A stretch of DNA of 64,000 nucleotides from Candidatus Bathyarchaeia archaeon (GCA_037481775.1 JBBFKZ010000003.1:1-64000); one strand, 5' to 3'. Counted from the first letter of the stretch, positions 9,330-19,481 are shown. Notes: generated from the sequence alone by a model not told the origin. A program made the numbers and translations.

Positions 9330-9353
9330 CATAATAATAGAGAGTGTGATTGA

Positions 9354-9752
9354 ATGAAAATATGTGTAAGTGCAGCAGGAACTAATTTAGACGCCCCATT
9401 AGAACCGCGGTTTGGCAGGTGCCCATATTTTGTAATTGTTGATTCTGAAACGATGCAGTTTGAAGCTATCCCAAATGGCGCCTCGAATGCAGTAGGTGGT
9501 GCAGGAATACAGGCCGCACAAACAATAGTAAGCAAAGGTGTTCGAGTGGTAATAACAGGTAACGTTGGACCCAACGCTTTTCAAGCCTTATCAGCCGCTG
9601 GAGTAAAGATTTACGTGGGTGCCAGCGGAACAGTGGAAGAAGCTGTTGAAAAATACAAGAGAGGCGGATTAAAAGAAGTAAACTCCTCAACTGTTAAGGG
9701 GCATCACTTCGGAATGGGCGCCGGCAGAGGACGCGGCGGTAGGCAATGGTAA
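9354..9752 (+). CDS. NifB/NifX-like (FeMo-cofactor-binding fold) protein
   Basis: RFGRCPYF, GAGIQAAQ, TGNVGPNA; Gly/Arg-rich tail. Confidence 0.88.
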   Translation: MKICVSAAGTNLDAPLEPRFGRCPYFVIVDSETMQFEAIPNGASNAVGGAGIQAAQTIVSKGVRVVITGNVGPNAFQALSAAGVKIYVGASGTVEEAVEKYKRGGLKEVNSSTVKGHHFGMGAGRGRGGRQW

Positions 9753-9850
9753 TGAAAGGCACAGAAGATGCTCGCGTCAAAGTTCTTGAAGAGTTGAGGC
9801 AAAAAAAGGAAACAGTCATTCTAGAACATAAAATGAGCGGAGGTGAAAGA

Positions 9851-10222
9851 TTGAGGAAAGTTGTTATTCCCACTGAAGATGGAAACGGACTTAACGCTAC
9901 GCTTTCGGAGCATTTTGGTAGAGCACCATATTTCGTTGTTATAGAACTAAGCGAAGACGGTGATGTCGCGGCTGTTCAAACAGTGGCAAATGAAAGCGAA
10001 CATTTCGGTGGAACCGGAAGCCCACCCGACCGGATACTGCAGTTTAAACCAGATGCTGTAATAACCTATGGGATGGGGCCACGAGCGCTAAACATTTTTC
10101 AAGGAGCTGGCGTAGCTGTGCTAAGAACTGACGCTGTCACGGTGAAGGAAGCAATTGACGCGTACAAACGAGGCTTCCTAGTTGAACTCACAGAAGGCTG
10201 CCAACATGCCCATCACCATTAA
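9851..10222 (+). CDS. NifB/NifX-like protein
   Basis: HFGRAPYF, GMGPRA, His-rich tail; TTG start after GGAGGTGA (ORF is open from 9746). Confidence 0.85.
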   Translation: MRKVVIPTEDGNGLNATLSEHFGRAPYFVVIELSEDGDVAAVQTVANESEHFGGTGSPPDRILQFKPDAVITYGMGPRALNIFQGAGVAVLRTDAVTVKEAIDAYKRGFLVELTEGCQHAHHH

Positions 10223-10234
10223 CCCCTTTTCAGA

Positions 10235-10651
10235 GTGATGGCTATGCTGAAGTCAAACATGGAGGAGCTTTTATCAAAAGCTGGATATTCAGCTAAAGCC
10301 ATAAAACTCTACCTGACCAAGACTAACGTTGGTTCCATTGAAAATCCCGATGTTGCCGTAAGCTACACGGGGCTACCGTGTGGCGACAACATTACCCTTT
10401 ATTTAAAACTTAAAAACGATGTAATATGCGATGCAAAATTTGAGTACGTTGGCTGCGTGGGAACAGCTGCTTCAGGCTCCGCTTTAACAACAATACTCGT
10501 AGGTAAAACATTGGCAGAGGCATGGAACATCACTAAAGACGATGTTTTGCGAGAGTTAGATGGTTTACCAGAGCCTCATTGTGCGGAACTTGCAGTAACC
10601 GCTTTGCGTAAAGCGCTTGAGGCTTTAAAAGAAAGCCAGCAGCAAAAGTGA
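10235..10651 (+). CDS. IscU/NifU-like Fe-S scaffold
   Basis: PCGD, GC, HCA.LA conserved cysteines. Confidence 0.85.
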   Translation: MMAMLKSNMEELLSKAGYSAKAIKLYLTKTNVGSIENPDVAVSYTGLPCGDNITLYLKLKNDVICDAKFEYVGCVGTAASGSALTTILVGKTLAEAWNITKDDVLRELDGLPEPHCAELAVTALRKALEALKESQQQK

Positions 10652-10658
10652 TTTGCTC

Positions 10659-11495
10659 ATGATCATAGCGGTTGCAAGCGGAAAAGGGGGAACCGGCAAA
10701 ACCTCCGTTGCAGTTAATATGGCCGTTTCAGTGGGCAACGTGAAACTTTTAGACTGTGATGTTGAAGAGCCAAATGCCCATCTACTTTTGCATCCTGAAA
10801 TCAAAAGAAAAGAACCAGTCTACACGTTTATTCCAAAAATCAATAAAGACTTATGTAATATTTGCGGAGAATGCGCCAAATTCTGTCAGTTCAACGCTAT
10901 ACTCGCTATTGCAGAGGAAATTCTTGTTTTCCCAGAACTCTGCCACAACTGCGGCGGATGCTCGATAGTTTGTCCAAAAAAGGCAATCACATGGGCAAAA
11001 CATAGAATTGGCACGCTACATTTTGGCGTGGCTGGCAGTGTATCGCTTGTTTATGGAGAACTGAAAGTAAGCAAGCCTTTGGCTGTTCCAGTGATAAAGG
11101 CGGTTAAAAAGCATATAAAAGAAGCTAAAGACGTAATTATCGATTCTCCGCCTGGGACGTCCTGCCCGTTCGTGGAGACTGTAAATGACAGCAACTTTTG
11201 TCTGTTAGTAACAGAACCTACTCCTTTCGGTTTACATGATTTAAAAATAGCAGTTGAAGTTTTGCGGAAGCTTACAGTGCCTTTCGGCGTGGTTGTTAAC
11301 CGTGCGGATATAGGTGAAAAGAAACTTTACAATTACTGCCGAAGCGAGAACATAAGAATCATGCTGGAAATTCCATATCAACGGCGGATAACTGAGCTCT
11401 ACTCTAAGGGCATCCCCTTCAGCTTGGAAATGACTGAGTGGAAAGAAAAGTTTCAGACACTTTACAGCGAAATAAGGAGCCTTGCTACAAAATGA
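10659..11495 (+). CDS. MinD-superfamily ATPase with inserted 2x[4Fe-4S] ferredoxin
   Basis: ASGKGGTGKT, DCDVEEPN, two CxxCxxCxxxC motifs, DSPPGTSC, TEPTPFGLHD. Confidence 0.9.
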   Translation: MIIAVASGKGGTGKTSVAVNMAVSVGNVKLLDCDVEEPNAHLLLHPEIKRKEPVYTFIPKINKDLCNICGECAKFCQFNAILAIAEEILVFPELCHNCGGCSIVCPKKAITWAKHRIGTLHFGVAGSVSLVYGELKVSKPLAVPVIKAVKKHIKEAKDVIIDSPPGTSCPFVETVNDSNFCLLVTEPTPFGLHDLKIAVEVLRKLTVPFGVVVNRADIGEKKLYNYCRSENIRIMLEIPYQRRITELYSKGIPFSLEMTEWKEKFQTLYSEIRSLATK

Positions 11496-12388
11496 GACAG
11501 TTAACAATTTTAAGCGGTAAAGGCGGTACAGGAAAGACAACTATAACTGCTTCATTTGCTGTTTTGGCAAAAAAAGCTGTTATTGCAGATTGCGATGTTG
11601 ACGCACCAGATCTTCATATGCTTTTACATCCCGAAGTGATTGAGACACAAGAGTTCAAGGGCGCAAAAATCGCTGTAATTGACAAATCAAGATGTATCAA
11701 ATGCGGTTTATGCAGAGAAAAATGCAGATTCGACGCTATAACCGAAGAGATCAAAATTGCTCCTTTTGCTTGTGAAGGCTGCGGTGTCTGCGCGGTTATT
11801 TGCCCTGCGAATGCAATAACATTAGCTGAGCGGATTTCAGGTTACGCATACATCTCCAAGACGAAATACGGGTTCATGTCGCATGCTCTGCTTAATCCCG
11901 GTGAAGCAAACTCGGGAAAACTTGTTACGTTAGTTAGGCAAAATGCTAAGGTTATATCTGAAAAAGAAGGCGCCAGCCTGATTATAATAGATGGCCCACC
12001 TGGAATTGGCTGTCCAGTTATGGCTTCAGTAACAGGTGCGGATGCGGGCCTCATAATTACTGAGCCAACATTATCAGGAATTCACGATCTTAAGCGTGTA
12101 TTGCAATTGCTTCAGCATTTCAACGTTAAGCCACTTGTCTGCGTAAACATGTATGACATCAATATGAGTAACACTGAGCGAATTCTGAGGTTTTGCTGTG
12201 AAAACAATGTGAAAGTTGTTGGCAAAATACCGTTCAGCCCTGTCGTAACAGAGGCCATGGTTAATGGAGCAACAGTTTTTGAATACTCTCGACAGAGCCC
12301 TGTTTCTAACGAAATAGAGAATGTGTGGAAAAAAATAGCAACATTAATCCATGATAATATTCATGACAGTCGCATTGTAAAAACTTGA
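11492..12388 (+). CDS. Second MinD-superfamily ATPase with ferredoxin insert
   Basis: SGKGGTGKT, DCDVDA, two ferredoxin motifs, DGPPGIGC; ATGA overlap with the previous gene. Confidence 0.9.
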   Translation: MRQLTILSGKGGTGKTTITASFAVLAKKAVIADCDVDAPDLHMLLHPEVIETQEFKGAKIAVIDKSRCIKCGLCREKCRFDAITEEIKIAPFACEGCGVCAVICPANAITLAERISGYAYISKTKYGFMSHALLNPGEANSGKLVTLVRQNAKVISEKEGASLIIIDGPPGIGCPVMASVTGADAGLIITEPTLSGIHDLKRVLQLLQHFNVKPLVCVNMYDINMSNTERILRFCCENNVKVVGKIPFSPVVTEAMVNGATVFEYSRQSPVSNEIENVWKKIATLIHDNIHDSRIVKT

Positions 12389-12413
12389 TTTAAAACAAAG
12401 GGAGGTGAGATGT

Positions 12414-12695
12414 TTGCTGTCAGAAATTCCGATTGATCTTGCCAAAATAAAGAAGGAAGATTTAGACAAGGAGATACTACGCGCAGGGATTATTGCTGAG
12501 TTAGATGCGATTAATCTTTATGAGCAAATGGCTGCTTTGGCGGTTGATGAGAACATAAAGCGCATTCTCTTAGACATAGCGAAAGAGGAGAAAACGCATG
12601 TCGGCGAGTTTCAAGCGCTGCTGTTGATCCATGATAAGGAGCAAGAAAAAGAGCTTGAAAAAGGCAAAAAAGAAGTTGAAGAATTAAGCGACTAA
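12414..12695 (+). CDS. Encapsulated-ferritin-like (EncFtn/Flp) protein, stand-alone
   Basis: ILRAGIIAELDAINLYEQMA...ILLDIAKEEKTHVGEF (E..EExxH ferroxidase motif); TTG start after GGAGGTGA. Confidence 0.85.
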   Translation: MLSEIPIDLAKIKKEDLDKEILRAGIIAELDAINLYEQMAALAVDENIKRILLDIAKEEKTHVGEFQALLLIHDKEQEKELEKGKKEVEELSD

Positions 12696-12835
12696 GCGCG
12701 ACGCACACGGAAAATTGCGAAATATTTTTTCCAACTGATATATAGCCTCTTTCATTTCTTTAATTAGCCCTTCTTTTGGTACAGAATGTTCAAACAATTT
12801 ATGGAAACTGAATGCTATAGCTTTTCTATACTAAA

Positions 12836-13237
12836 TTACGGCTGTTTTTCCTGAAGTGTTTCTGCGACTTTGCTTGTCCCTTTTTTGGGCTGCTTATGCA
12901 ATTGTGCCAGAATTTTTCCTACTGCATCTGAGACTTTAATGTTGGGATCCACTAGAATAGGGGTTATCTTGTTATGAAACAACAGCTCTGATGCGCCTAG
13001 CCCCAGTTGGGATGTAATAACCGAGTTTGCGTTTAGTTCTGCTAATGTTTTTGCAGCTATAGGTCCGGAACCATGATTATAATCTGCTGCTGGGTTTTCG
13101 ATTATCTGAATGTTTTGTATTTTGCCGTTTTCAATGTCGATAAGGGTGAAAGTTTTTGTTTTTCCAAAAGTGTTTGATACTGTGTCGTCTATGCCGTTGT
13201 ATCCGTTTGTGGCAATGGCAATTCTAATTTTATCCAT
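12836..13237 (-). CDS. NifB/NifX-like protein (third copy)
   Basis: KIRIAIAT, FGKTKTF, ENP...HGSG motifs. Confidence 0.8.
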   Translation of the reverse strand: MDKIRIAIATNGYNGIDDTVSNTFGKTKTFTLIDIENGKIQNIQIIENPAADYNHGSGPIAAKTLAELNANSVITSQLGLGASELLFHNKITPILVDPNIKVSDAVGKILAQLHKQPKKGTSKVAETLQEKQP

Positions 13238-13291
13238 CTGATCACCTTTAATTATAAGCCCAATTGGGGGTAAGAAAAAAGTGAGGGTTGG

Positions 13292-13558
13292 TTATTTGTT
13301 GAGTTGGTTTAGTCTTTCCTCAATTTTCTTGAGGGTTTCTTGCATGGCTTTCAGTTGTGCTTCTATCATGGCTTTTTGTTCGGATAGTAATGCTGCTTCG
13401 TCTTCAGCTTTCATTGGGGGCATTGCACTGTATGGTCCGTATAGGTACAAGCATGCGCCTCTGCCGTAGAGCCAGCCTGGTCGTTGCCATGGCGGCAAAT
13501 TGCTGAATGGGCCTCTACCTGGCCATGGGCCTGTCCATCCTCTTCCTCTCCATCCCAT
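13292..13558 (-). CDS. DUF5320-like protein
   Basis: GWRGRG/PWQRPGW N-terminus plus coiled-coil tail, typical of these clusters. Confidence 0.75.
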   Translation of the reverse strand: MGWRGRGWTGPWPGRGPFSNLPPWQRPGWLYGRGACLYLYGPYSAMPPMKAEDEAALLSEQKAMIEAQLKAMQETLKKIEERLNQLNK

Positions 13559-13586
13559 TTTTGTTTCACCTCGCGCAAATGTTTTT

Positions 13587-13614
13587 TGTGCTTATGCACA
13601 TAATCAATTATGTG
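13587..13614. promoter_or_regulatory. Overlapping palindromes in a divergent promoter (candidate DUF134 operator)
   Basis: TGTGC-ttat-GCACA (13587-13600) and CACATAAT-ca-ATTATGTG (13597-13614). Confidence 0.45.
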
Positions 13615-13668
13615 ATAGTGCACAGAAATATATAAAAGTTACTGAACTCATAAAAAAAGCGAGGAAAA

Positions 13669-14013
13669 ATGTGCTGGCGACACCGATGCAGACGCGGCAG
13701 AAAAGGCCGCTTCCCAAAACCAATCACAATAGCAAAAGCACCAGCCGCCACAGTTTTCACCCCAGAACCCCGCATAAACCAGGCACCCATCCTCATAGAA
13801 CCCGCTGAAATCGAAGCCCTCAGACTCGTCGATCTAGACGGCCTCTCCCAAGAAGAAGCAGGAGAAAAAATGGGCGTATCAAGAGGGACTATATGGCGGC
13901 TAGTACAAAGCGCCAGGAAAAAAACCGCACAAGCCCTAACCGAAGGAAGACCCCTAAAGATCGCTGCAGAAAACGGCAAAGATAATACCGAAGGAACTCT
14001 TTCGACAAATTAA
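13669..14013 (+). CDS. DUF134 (UPF0251) HTH regulator
   Basis: EIEALRLVDLDGLSQEEAGEKMGVSRGT.WR...ARKK. Confidence 0.88.
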   Translation: MCWRHRCRRGRKGRFPKPITIAKAPAATVFTPEPRINQAPILIEPAEIEALRLVDLDGLSQEEAGEKMGVSRGTIWRLVQSARKKTAQALTEGRPLKIAAENGKDNTEGTLSTN

Positions 14014-14024
14014 AGGCGGAAAGT

Positions 14025-14567
14025 ATGAAAACAGCATTAATAGTTTATTGGTCGAAAACAGGAAACACCGAAAAAGTAGCTAATGCCATAAAAGAAGGCC
14101 TAGAAGCCCTACAGGTTCACGTAACCATTAAAAAACCAGAAGAAGCAGAAGACGAAGATTATTTCGCATACGACCTCGTCTGCGTAGGCGCCCCTTCATA
14201 CTCGTGGCATCCACCAGAGCCCATGACCAATTTTCTAAAGAACAAGTTTGCCGCTTACCGCAAAGCCGGCATGATCAAACCATGCGCCCCAAAAGTTCCT
14301 GGAAAAAACGCGTTAATTTTCGTAACTTATTCGGGACCACACACAGGCATTGATGAAGCAATACCTGCTGGAAAGTATATACGGCAATTCTTTGAACACT
14401 TGGGCTTTACTGTCCTAGACGAATGGTATGTCTTAAGCGAGTTCCACGGTTCACTAGAGAACAGCACACAAGGACGAATGGGCGACATAAGAGGAAAACC
14501 CACCCGAGAAGAACTACTGAAGATAACTGAAGATACGAAGCATCTAGCCAAGAAACACTTACTTTAA
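14025..14567 (+). CDS. Flavodoxin-like protein
   Basis: IVYWSKTGNTEKVA FMN-binding loop, GAPSY. Confidence 0.85.
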   Translation: MKTALIVYWSKTGNTEKVANAIKEGLEALQVHVTIKKPEEAEDEDYFAYDLVCVGAPSYSWHPPEPMTNFLKNKFAAYRKAGMIKPCAPKVPGKNALIFVTYSGPHTGIDEAIPAGKYIRQFFEHLGFTVLDEWYVLSEFHGSLENSTQGRMGDIRGKPTREELLKITEDTKHLAKKHLL

Positions 14568-14646
14568 AGCAATAACAGCCCCTTTCAGCGTTTCAGGCAC
14601 AAAGTTAATAGTTCACCGCGCCCGCTAAATAAACGGGTGAAATTTT

Positions 14647-15618
14647 TTGAAAGCTGCTGTTTATCGAGGCCCCTATAACATTAAAGTTGAAGATGCCCCT
14701 GAGCCGCATGTTTCAGGGCGCCAGGTTCTTGTGAAACTCAAGGCTGGAAGCATCTGCGGAACAGACATGCACTTTTACCGAGGCGAGTGGCGCTGGATGA
14801 AGCGCGGCCGCATAATTGGGCATGACGCGTGCGGCGTGAGGGCGGACAGCGGCGAGCGGGTGGTTATGGTGCCGCTGGTTTACTGCGGCCGATGCTACTA
14901 CTGCCTCAGAGGGCTACCCACCTACTGTGTGCGCGGCAAGTTCAAGGGGTTAACAAGCGACGGTTTCTTCGCTGAATCCATAGCAATACGCCGGGAAAAC
15001 TTGGTTCCTGTGCCCGACGGAGTCAGCGATGAGGAAGCCGCTGTTGTGGAGCCCGTTGCGCTGGCGCTTCACGTGTTTGATGTGCTTAAGCCTAACGTTG
15101 GCGACTGGGCAACCATAATCGGGCAAGGTGCCATCGGCTTGTTGATGACGCAGATAGCCCGGATGAAAGGCTGCCGAGTCATAGCCGTTGACTTGCAGGA
15201 GTATCGGCTGCGGCTTGCCGAGAAATACGGCGCAGAGTTCTGCATTAACGCGGCGCAGGAAGACGCCGTTAAGCGGGTCCGGAAAATCACAAAGCGCGGC
15301 TCGGATGTGGTGATTGAGGCTGCTGGAACAGTGCAGACGGTACAGCAGACGCCGTTTCTGGTGCGCAAGGCAGGCAAGGTGGCGTTGGTAGGCGAATCTA
15401 AGGGATACCTAAACCTGGAAGACGCTGACGAAGCCATATTCTTTACTACGTACATCTCGCCTGTCGAGTATCCGCTGGCTGTGCAGCTTATCGCCGAGAA
15501 GCACGTTGACGTGAAGAGCTTGGTGACGCACCGCTTCAGCTTAGCGGATTTCGAGAAGGCACTGCAGACAGCGAATAACCCTGCGGAGAAGCCGCTGAAG
15601 GTAGTAGTGACCGCGTAG
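14647..15618 (+). CDS. Zinc-dependent alcohol/sugar-alcohol dehydrogenase
   Basis: ICGTD.H, GHD, CGRCYYC...C, GQGAIG. Confidence 0.9.
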   Translation: MKAAVYRGPYNIKVEDAPEPHVSGRQVLVKLKAGSICGTDMHFYRGEWRWMKRGRIIGHDACGVRADSGERVVMVPLVYCGRCYYCLRGLPTYCVRGKFKGLTSDGFFAESIAIRRENLVPVPDGVSDEEAAVVEPVALALHVFDVLKPNVGDWATIIGQGAIGLLMTQIARMKGCRVIAVDLQEYRLRLAEKYGAEFCINAAQEDAVKRVRKITKRGSDVVIEAAGTVQTVQQTPFLVRKAGKVALVGESKGYLNLEDADEAIFFTTYISPVEYPLAVQLIAEKHVDVKSLVTHRFSLADFEKALQTANNPAEKPLKVVVTA

Positions 15619-15705
15619 GCTGCTTTACACCGTAAAGTATATTATCTATTTGGGGAAGTGATTACGCCGCTTTGCTTTAGCGATAAATGAGCGTGAACCA
15701 GCAGA

Positions 15706-16398
15706 ATGAGCATTAAAGCGGTAGTATTCGATTTAGACGGCACATTAGTAGGCTTCAACCTGGATTACCGTTCGCTGAGAGCCGAGGTCAGAGGCTACTT
15801 AGCGAAGCAAGGCGTCCCAGCGTCAGTGCTGTCGCTGCAGGAAAACATTTTTGAAATGCTCAAAAAGGCAGAGCTTTTCCTAAGAAACACGCGCAAGCCC
15901 ACTACCACAATAGAGAAGCTCCGCGGCGAAGTCTTGAGCATAGCTGAAAAATACGAGTTAGACGCGGCCATGAGCACTGGGCTGCTGTCAGGCGCTCTGG
16001 AAACGCTGAAGACGCTGAAACGCATGGGCTTGAAACTCGGGATATGCACAACTGACAGCGAAAAGGCGGCTACGTACATCCTGCAGCGCTTCAGGATTGC
16101 CGATTTCTTTGACGCGGTTGTAACGCGGGACAAAGTGAAACAGGTAAAACCTCATCCGGAGCATCTCCAGGCAGTGCTTGATGCTTTAGGCGTGAAGCCA
16201 GAGGAAAGCATGGTTGTCGGCGACAGCGTCATGGATATGCAGTGCGCGCAGGAGCTGAAGGCCATCGCGGTGGGTTTGCCCACTGGAATATCCACTAAGC
16301 AGCAGTTGACGCAGCAAGGCGCAAACTACATTGTAACGTCGATAACTGATGTGCCTGTTCTGATTGAGCGGATAAATAAGGCGCAAATGCAACAGTAG
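15706..16398 (+). CDS. HAD-family hydrolase (phosphoglycolate phosphatase-like)
   Basis: FDLDGTL, KPHP, VGDS..D. Confidence 0.9.
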   Translation: MSIKAVVFDLDGTLVGFNLDYRSLRAEVRGYLAKQGVPASVLSLQENIFEMLKKAELFLRNTRKPTTTIEKLRGEVLSIAEKYELDAAMSTGLLSGALETLKTLKRMGLKLGICTTDSEKAATYILQRFRIADFFDAVVTRDKVKQVKPHPEHLQAVLDALGVKPEESMVVGDSVMDMQCAQELKAIAVGLPTGISTKQQLTQQGANYIVTSITDVPVLIERINKAQMQQ

Positions 16399-16404
16399 AA
16401 GTTT

Positions 16405-16806
16405 TTAAGCTTGTTTAAAGCAGTATCTGGGCCATTGCGGCCACGGCTGCGCTGCAGTGCACGCGGCGTAGTCTATTATGAGTGGCATGCCAATACGTAG
16501 CTGATCGTGCGGTACGCCGGTTATCATGCCGGGAAGTTTTAAGCCGTTCTCAAGTTGCACTATACCTATGGCGTAGGGCGCTAGGGCTTGGAACTGCTGC
16601 GGCGCTATGTGGATGACTGTGAAGGTTGCCAGCGTGCCTTTCCCGCTGATTTCTGTCCATGTGAACTCCTGCGAGTGGCAGTTGTCGCAGAGCGGTCGGG
16701 GCGGCAGGTGGATTTTGCCGCAGCGCATGCATTCTCCCGCCATTAGTTTGCCCTGTGATAGGAACTTGTAGAACTGCTCGATTGTGAATGGCGCGTCACT
16801 ACTCAT
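16405..16806 (-). CDS. DUF35 Zn-ribbon/OB-fold thiolase partner
   Basis: CMRCG...PPR..CDNC; overlaps the thiolase stop. Confidence 0.88.
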   Translation of the reverse strand: MSSDAPFTIEQFYKFLSQGKLMAGECMRCGKIHLPPRPLCDNCHSQEFTWTEISGKGTLATFTVIHIAPQQFQALAPYAIGIVQLENGLKLPGMITGVPHDQLRIGMPLIIDYAACTAAQPWPQWPRYCFKQA

Positions 16807-17984
16807 TGCTGATCACTCCTGTAAATGTACACGGTGGCAGTGGCGCCTGAACCGCCTACGTTATGCGTCAACCCAACGCCTGCATCTTTGACTTGGCGCC
16901 GTTCCGCTTGCCCCGTGAGCTGCAGGTAAACCTCGTAAGCCTGCGCTGTACCCGTGGCGCCGACTGGGTGACCCTTCGCCTTCAAGCCACCACTTGTGTT
17001 AACAGGCAAGCGCCCGCCGAGGCGAGTTTCGCCGTTTTCCGCAAGTTTACCGCCTTCACCAGCCCTGCAGAAGCCAAGGTCTTCGTAAGCTATTATTTCG
17101 GCTATGGTGAAACAGTCATGCACCTCGGCAACGTCCACGTCGTCGGGTTTGACCTGCGCCATCTGGTAAGCTTTCTGCGCTGCCAGCCTTGTTGCCCGCA
17201 GCGAGGTGAGGCTTTGCCGCTCATAGAGGCCTATGGAGTCACTGGCTTGCCCGGCACCGATGATGTGCACAGGCTGATCAGTGAATCGCCTTGCCAGTTC
17301 GGGTTTTGTGAGGATTAGGCAGCTTGCGCCATCCGTGATGAGCGAGCAGTCATAAAGCTTCAGAGGCGACGCAACGACACGCGAGGTCAGGGCGGCTTCC
17401 AACGTTATTTCCTTCTGCATCTGCGCCTTCGGGTTAAGGCTTCCGTGATAATGGTTCTTGACAGCTACATGCGCCAGCTGCGCCTCTGTGGTGCCATACG
17501 CATGCATGTGCGCCGTTGCCATCAACGCGTACAAGCCGGGAAACGTGATGCCGTGCCACTGCTCAAACGGGTAATCCGAAGCCATCGCCAAATACTCCGT
17601 GACCTCGGCGGTGCTCCGATGCGTCATCTTCTCCACGCCGCCAACCAAGACAGCGTCCGCTAAGCCTGAAAGCACCGCGTAAACACCCGAGAGCAATGCT
17701 GCACCAGAGCTTGCGCAAGCCGCCTCAGTCCGCGTGGCCGGGATACCCAGCAGACCCGCCCAGTCCGCGGCGGCGGCGCCCGTGTGCCCCTGGTGCTCGT
17801 ACGCCTCGCCCATGTGCCCCACAAACATGGCTTTTATATCACGCTTGGGCTCCAGCCTCGGACAGCGGTCAAATGCTTCTTTAACGGCTTCGGCGAAAAG
17901 CTCCCGCGCGTATAAGCCCTCACGCTTGCCAAACCTTGACAAGCCCGCGCTGACTATGCTAACAAGCGGCTTACCACCCACCAA
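16803..17984 (-). CDS. Archaeal acetyl-CoA acetyltransferase (thiolase)
   Basis: EAACASS, EVHDCF, NTSGGLKAKGHPVGATG, HNVGG. Confidence 0.92.
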   Translation of the reverse strand: MVGGKPLVSIVSAGLSRFGKREGLYARELFAEAVKEAFDRCPRLEPKRDIKAMFVGHMGEAYEHQGHTGAAAADWAGLLGIPATRTEAACASSGAALLSGVYAVLSGLADAVLVGGVEKMTHRSTAEVTEYLAMASDYPFEQWHGITFPGLYALMATAHMHAYGTTEAQLAHVAVKNHYHGSLNPKAQMQKEITLEAALTSRVVASPLKLYDCSLITDGASCLILTKPELARRFTDQPVHIIGAGQASDSIGLYERQSLTSLRATRLAAQKAYQMAQVKPDDVDVAEVHDCFTIAEIIAYEDLGFCRAGEGGKLAENGETRLGGRLPVNTSGGLKAKGHPVGATGTAQAYEVYLQLTGQAERRQVKDAGVGLTHNVGGSGATATVYIYRSDQQ

Positions 17985-18504
17985 ACAACCAACACCTCTA
18001 GCTTATGCCCCTCTGCTATGTGCAAACACACTCTTAAAAACTATGCAACTCACACTTTTTGACAGTCACTGATATAATCATTTCACTTCAACTGGAAGCT
18101 TCCACTTAGGCAACTCCTGAGAACCTAATAAACTCTTGAATTGGAAAATTAGTTAGGATTCTCATAGCGGCTTCTTACCTTCCCATACCTATCGAGAACG
18201 TCATGTTGAACAAAACGTTCCAACAAATTTCAAAGGAGGCGAACCGTGCAGAGTTAAGCCATTCAACCTCAGTTATTCAGTCGGCACTCCATCGCAAGCA
18301 CCGGCCTATTTGGCGGCAGAAAGAAGTTCGAGGCGGCATTAGCCAATAAAAATGTAAGGACAAGAACAGTCACTAATCCGCATTACACCAACCAGAAGTT
18401 CACTATCTATAATGCGAAGGACTTGGGAAGTACTCATGACCCTAACGAGCGATTAACGCTCACCCTACCCCCGGAATGCTAACGCAAAGATAAAGAGGGG
18501 GAAT

Positions 18505-19377
18505 TTATTCTGGTCCGACTGCAGTATACACGAATGTGTTGCCTTTCGAGGATATCAGTTTAACCTGATAGTTATTGCCTTCAACCCACTCTTCAGTGAT
18601 GGTAATTGTTAGACCTGAATTTGCAGCCGCTGTCCCTGATACTGGCTTGAAATCTAGGTCATCGCTATTGACTTCTTTGTTGTTGAGGTATACTGCGCTT
18701 ATGGTGACAGGAGTTGTGCCGGTGTTATTTGCAATAATGCGAATATATCTGTCGCCTGCTCCCTCCTGTAAGAATTGCATTCTTGTTATTTTTAGTTCTT
18801 CTGTTGGCATAAAATCTATGGACGAATATTCTGGTTTCATTGTAACTTCTTTAAAGTACGCGTTTTTCTGTGTAAATACCACAACGGTAGCGTTTCCTTC
18901 CGGAAGTTCCTGGGCGTCTATACTTATAGAATTTTTTACATATACAACAAGTGCCTTGAAGCCTTCAAAGAGTATTTCGCCTGTTGCTTGCTTTAAGGTT
19001 AATGTCACGTCATCTATAGATATTTCCGACGTTGTTCCTGTTAATTCATTTGCTATTGGACTGATTTTGGAAACCAAACCAATTTCTGTTTTGCAATAGT
19101 ATACATTTGCCCAATTAACTGCTAATCCTTTGATAGTTATTTTCTGTATCTGTGCTGTAGTGTTCTTTTCGTTAATTAACAGTATAGCCGAATAAGAGGA
19201 ATTGATAAAAGGATTATACCATATTCCTGCGGAAATAATCTGCAGCGATTCTTCCTCGCTATTTAAAGTAGGCACAGTAACCTCTGAGCTTTTGCCTGGC
19301 TGATTAAGAAGCAAAACTAATAATGCGCTGGCGCCCACAATAATTACTACGATTAACGCAAGGAGTTTACTATTCAA
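18505..19377 (-). CDS. Membrane-anchored protein with pilin/Ig-like extracellular domains
   Basis: N-terminal TM; C-terminal TEELKIT...NTGTTPVTIS...YQVKLISSKGN; AT-rich DNA. Confidence 0.6.
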   Translation of the reverse strand: MNSKLLALIVVIIVGASALLVLLLNQPGKSSEVTVPTLNSEEESLQIISAGIWYNPFINSSYSAILLINEKNTTAQIQKITIKGLAVNWANVYYCKTEIGLVSKISPIANELTGTTSEISIDDVTLTLKQATGEILFEGFKALVVYVKNSISIDAQELPEGNATVVVFTQKNAYFKEVTMKPEYSSIDFMPTEELKITRMQFLQEGAGDRYIRIIANNTGTTPVTISAVYLNNKEVNSDDLDFKPVSGTAAANSGLTITITEEWVEGNNYQVKLISSKGNTFVYTAVGPE

Positions 19378-19481
19378 TTTTGAACAACCTCATATAGCTC
19401 TAAATTTGTTAATATTACACACTTAAAGAGAATTACGTGCCTAAAATCTGAATCAAAAATCAACATCAGCGACTGCAAAAC

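Noticed and set aside
9354-13237. Nitrogen fixation cluster suggested by NifX/NifU-like genes
   Set aside because: No nifH/D/K/E/N; the gene set matches Orp-like metal-cluster operons.
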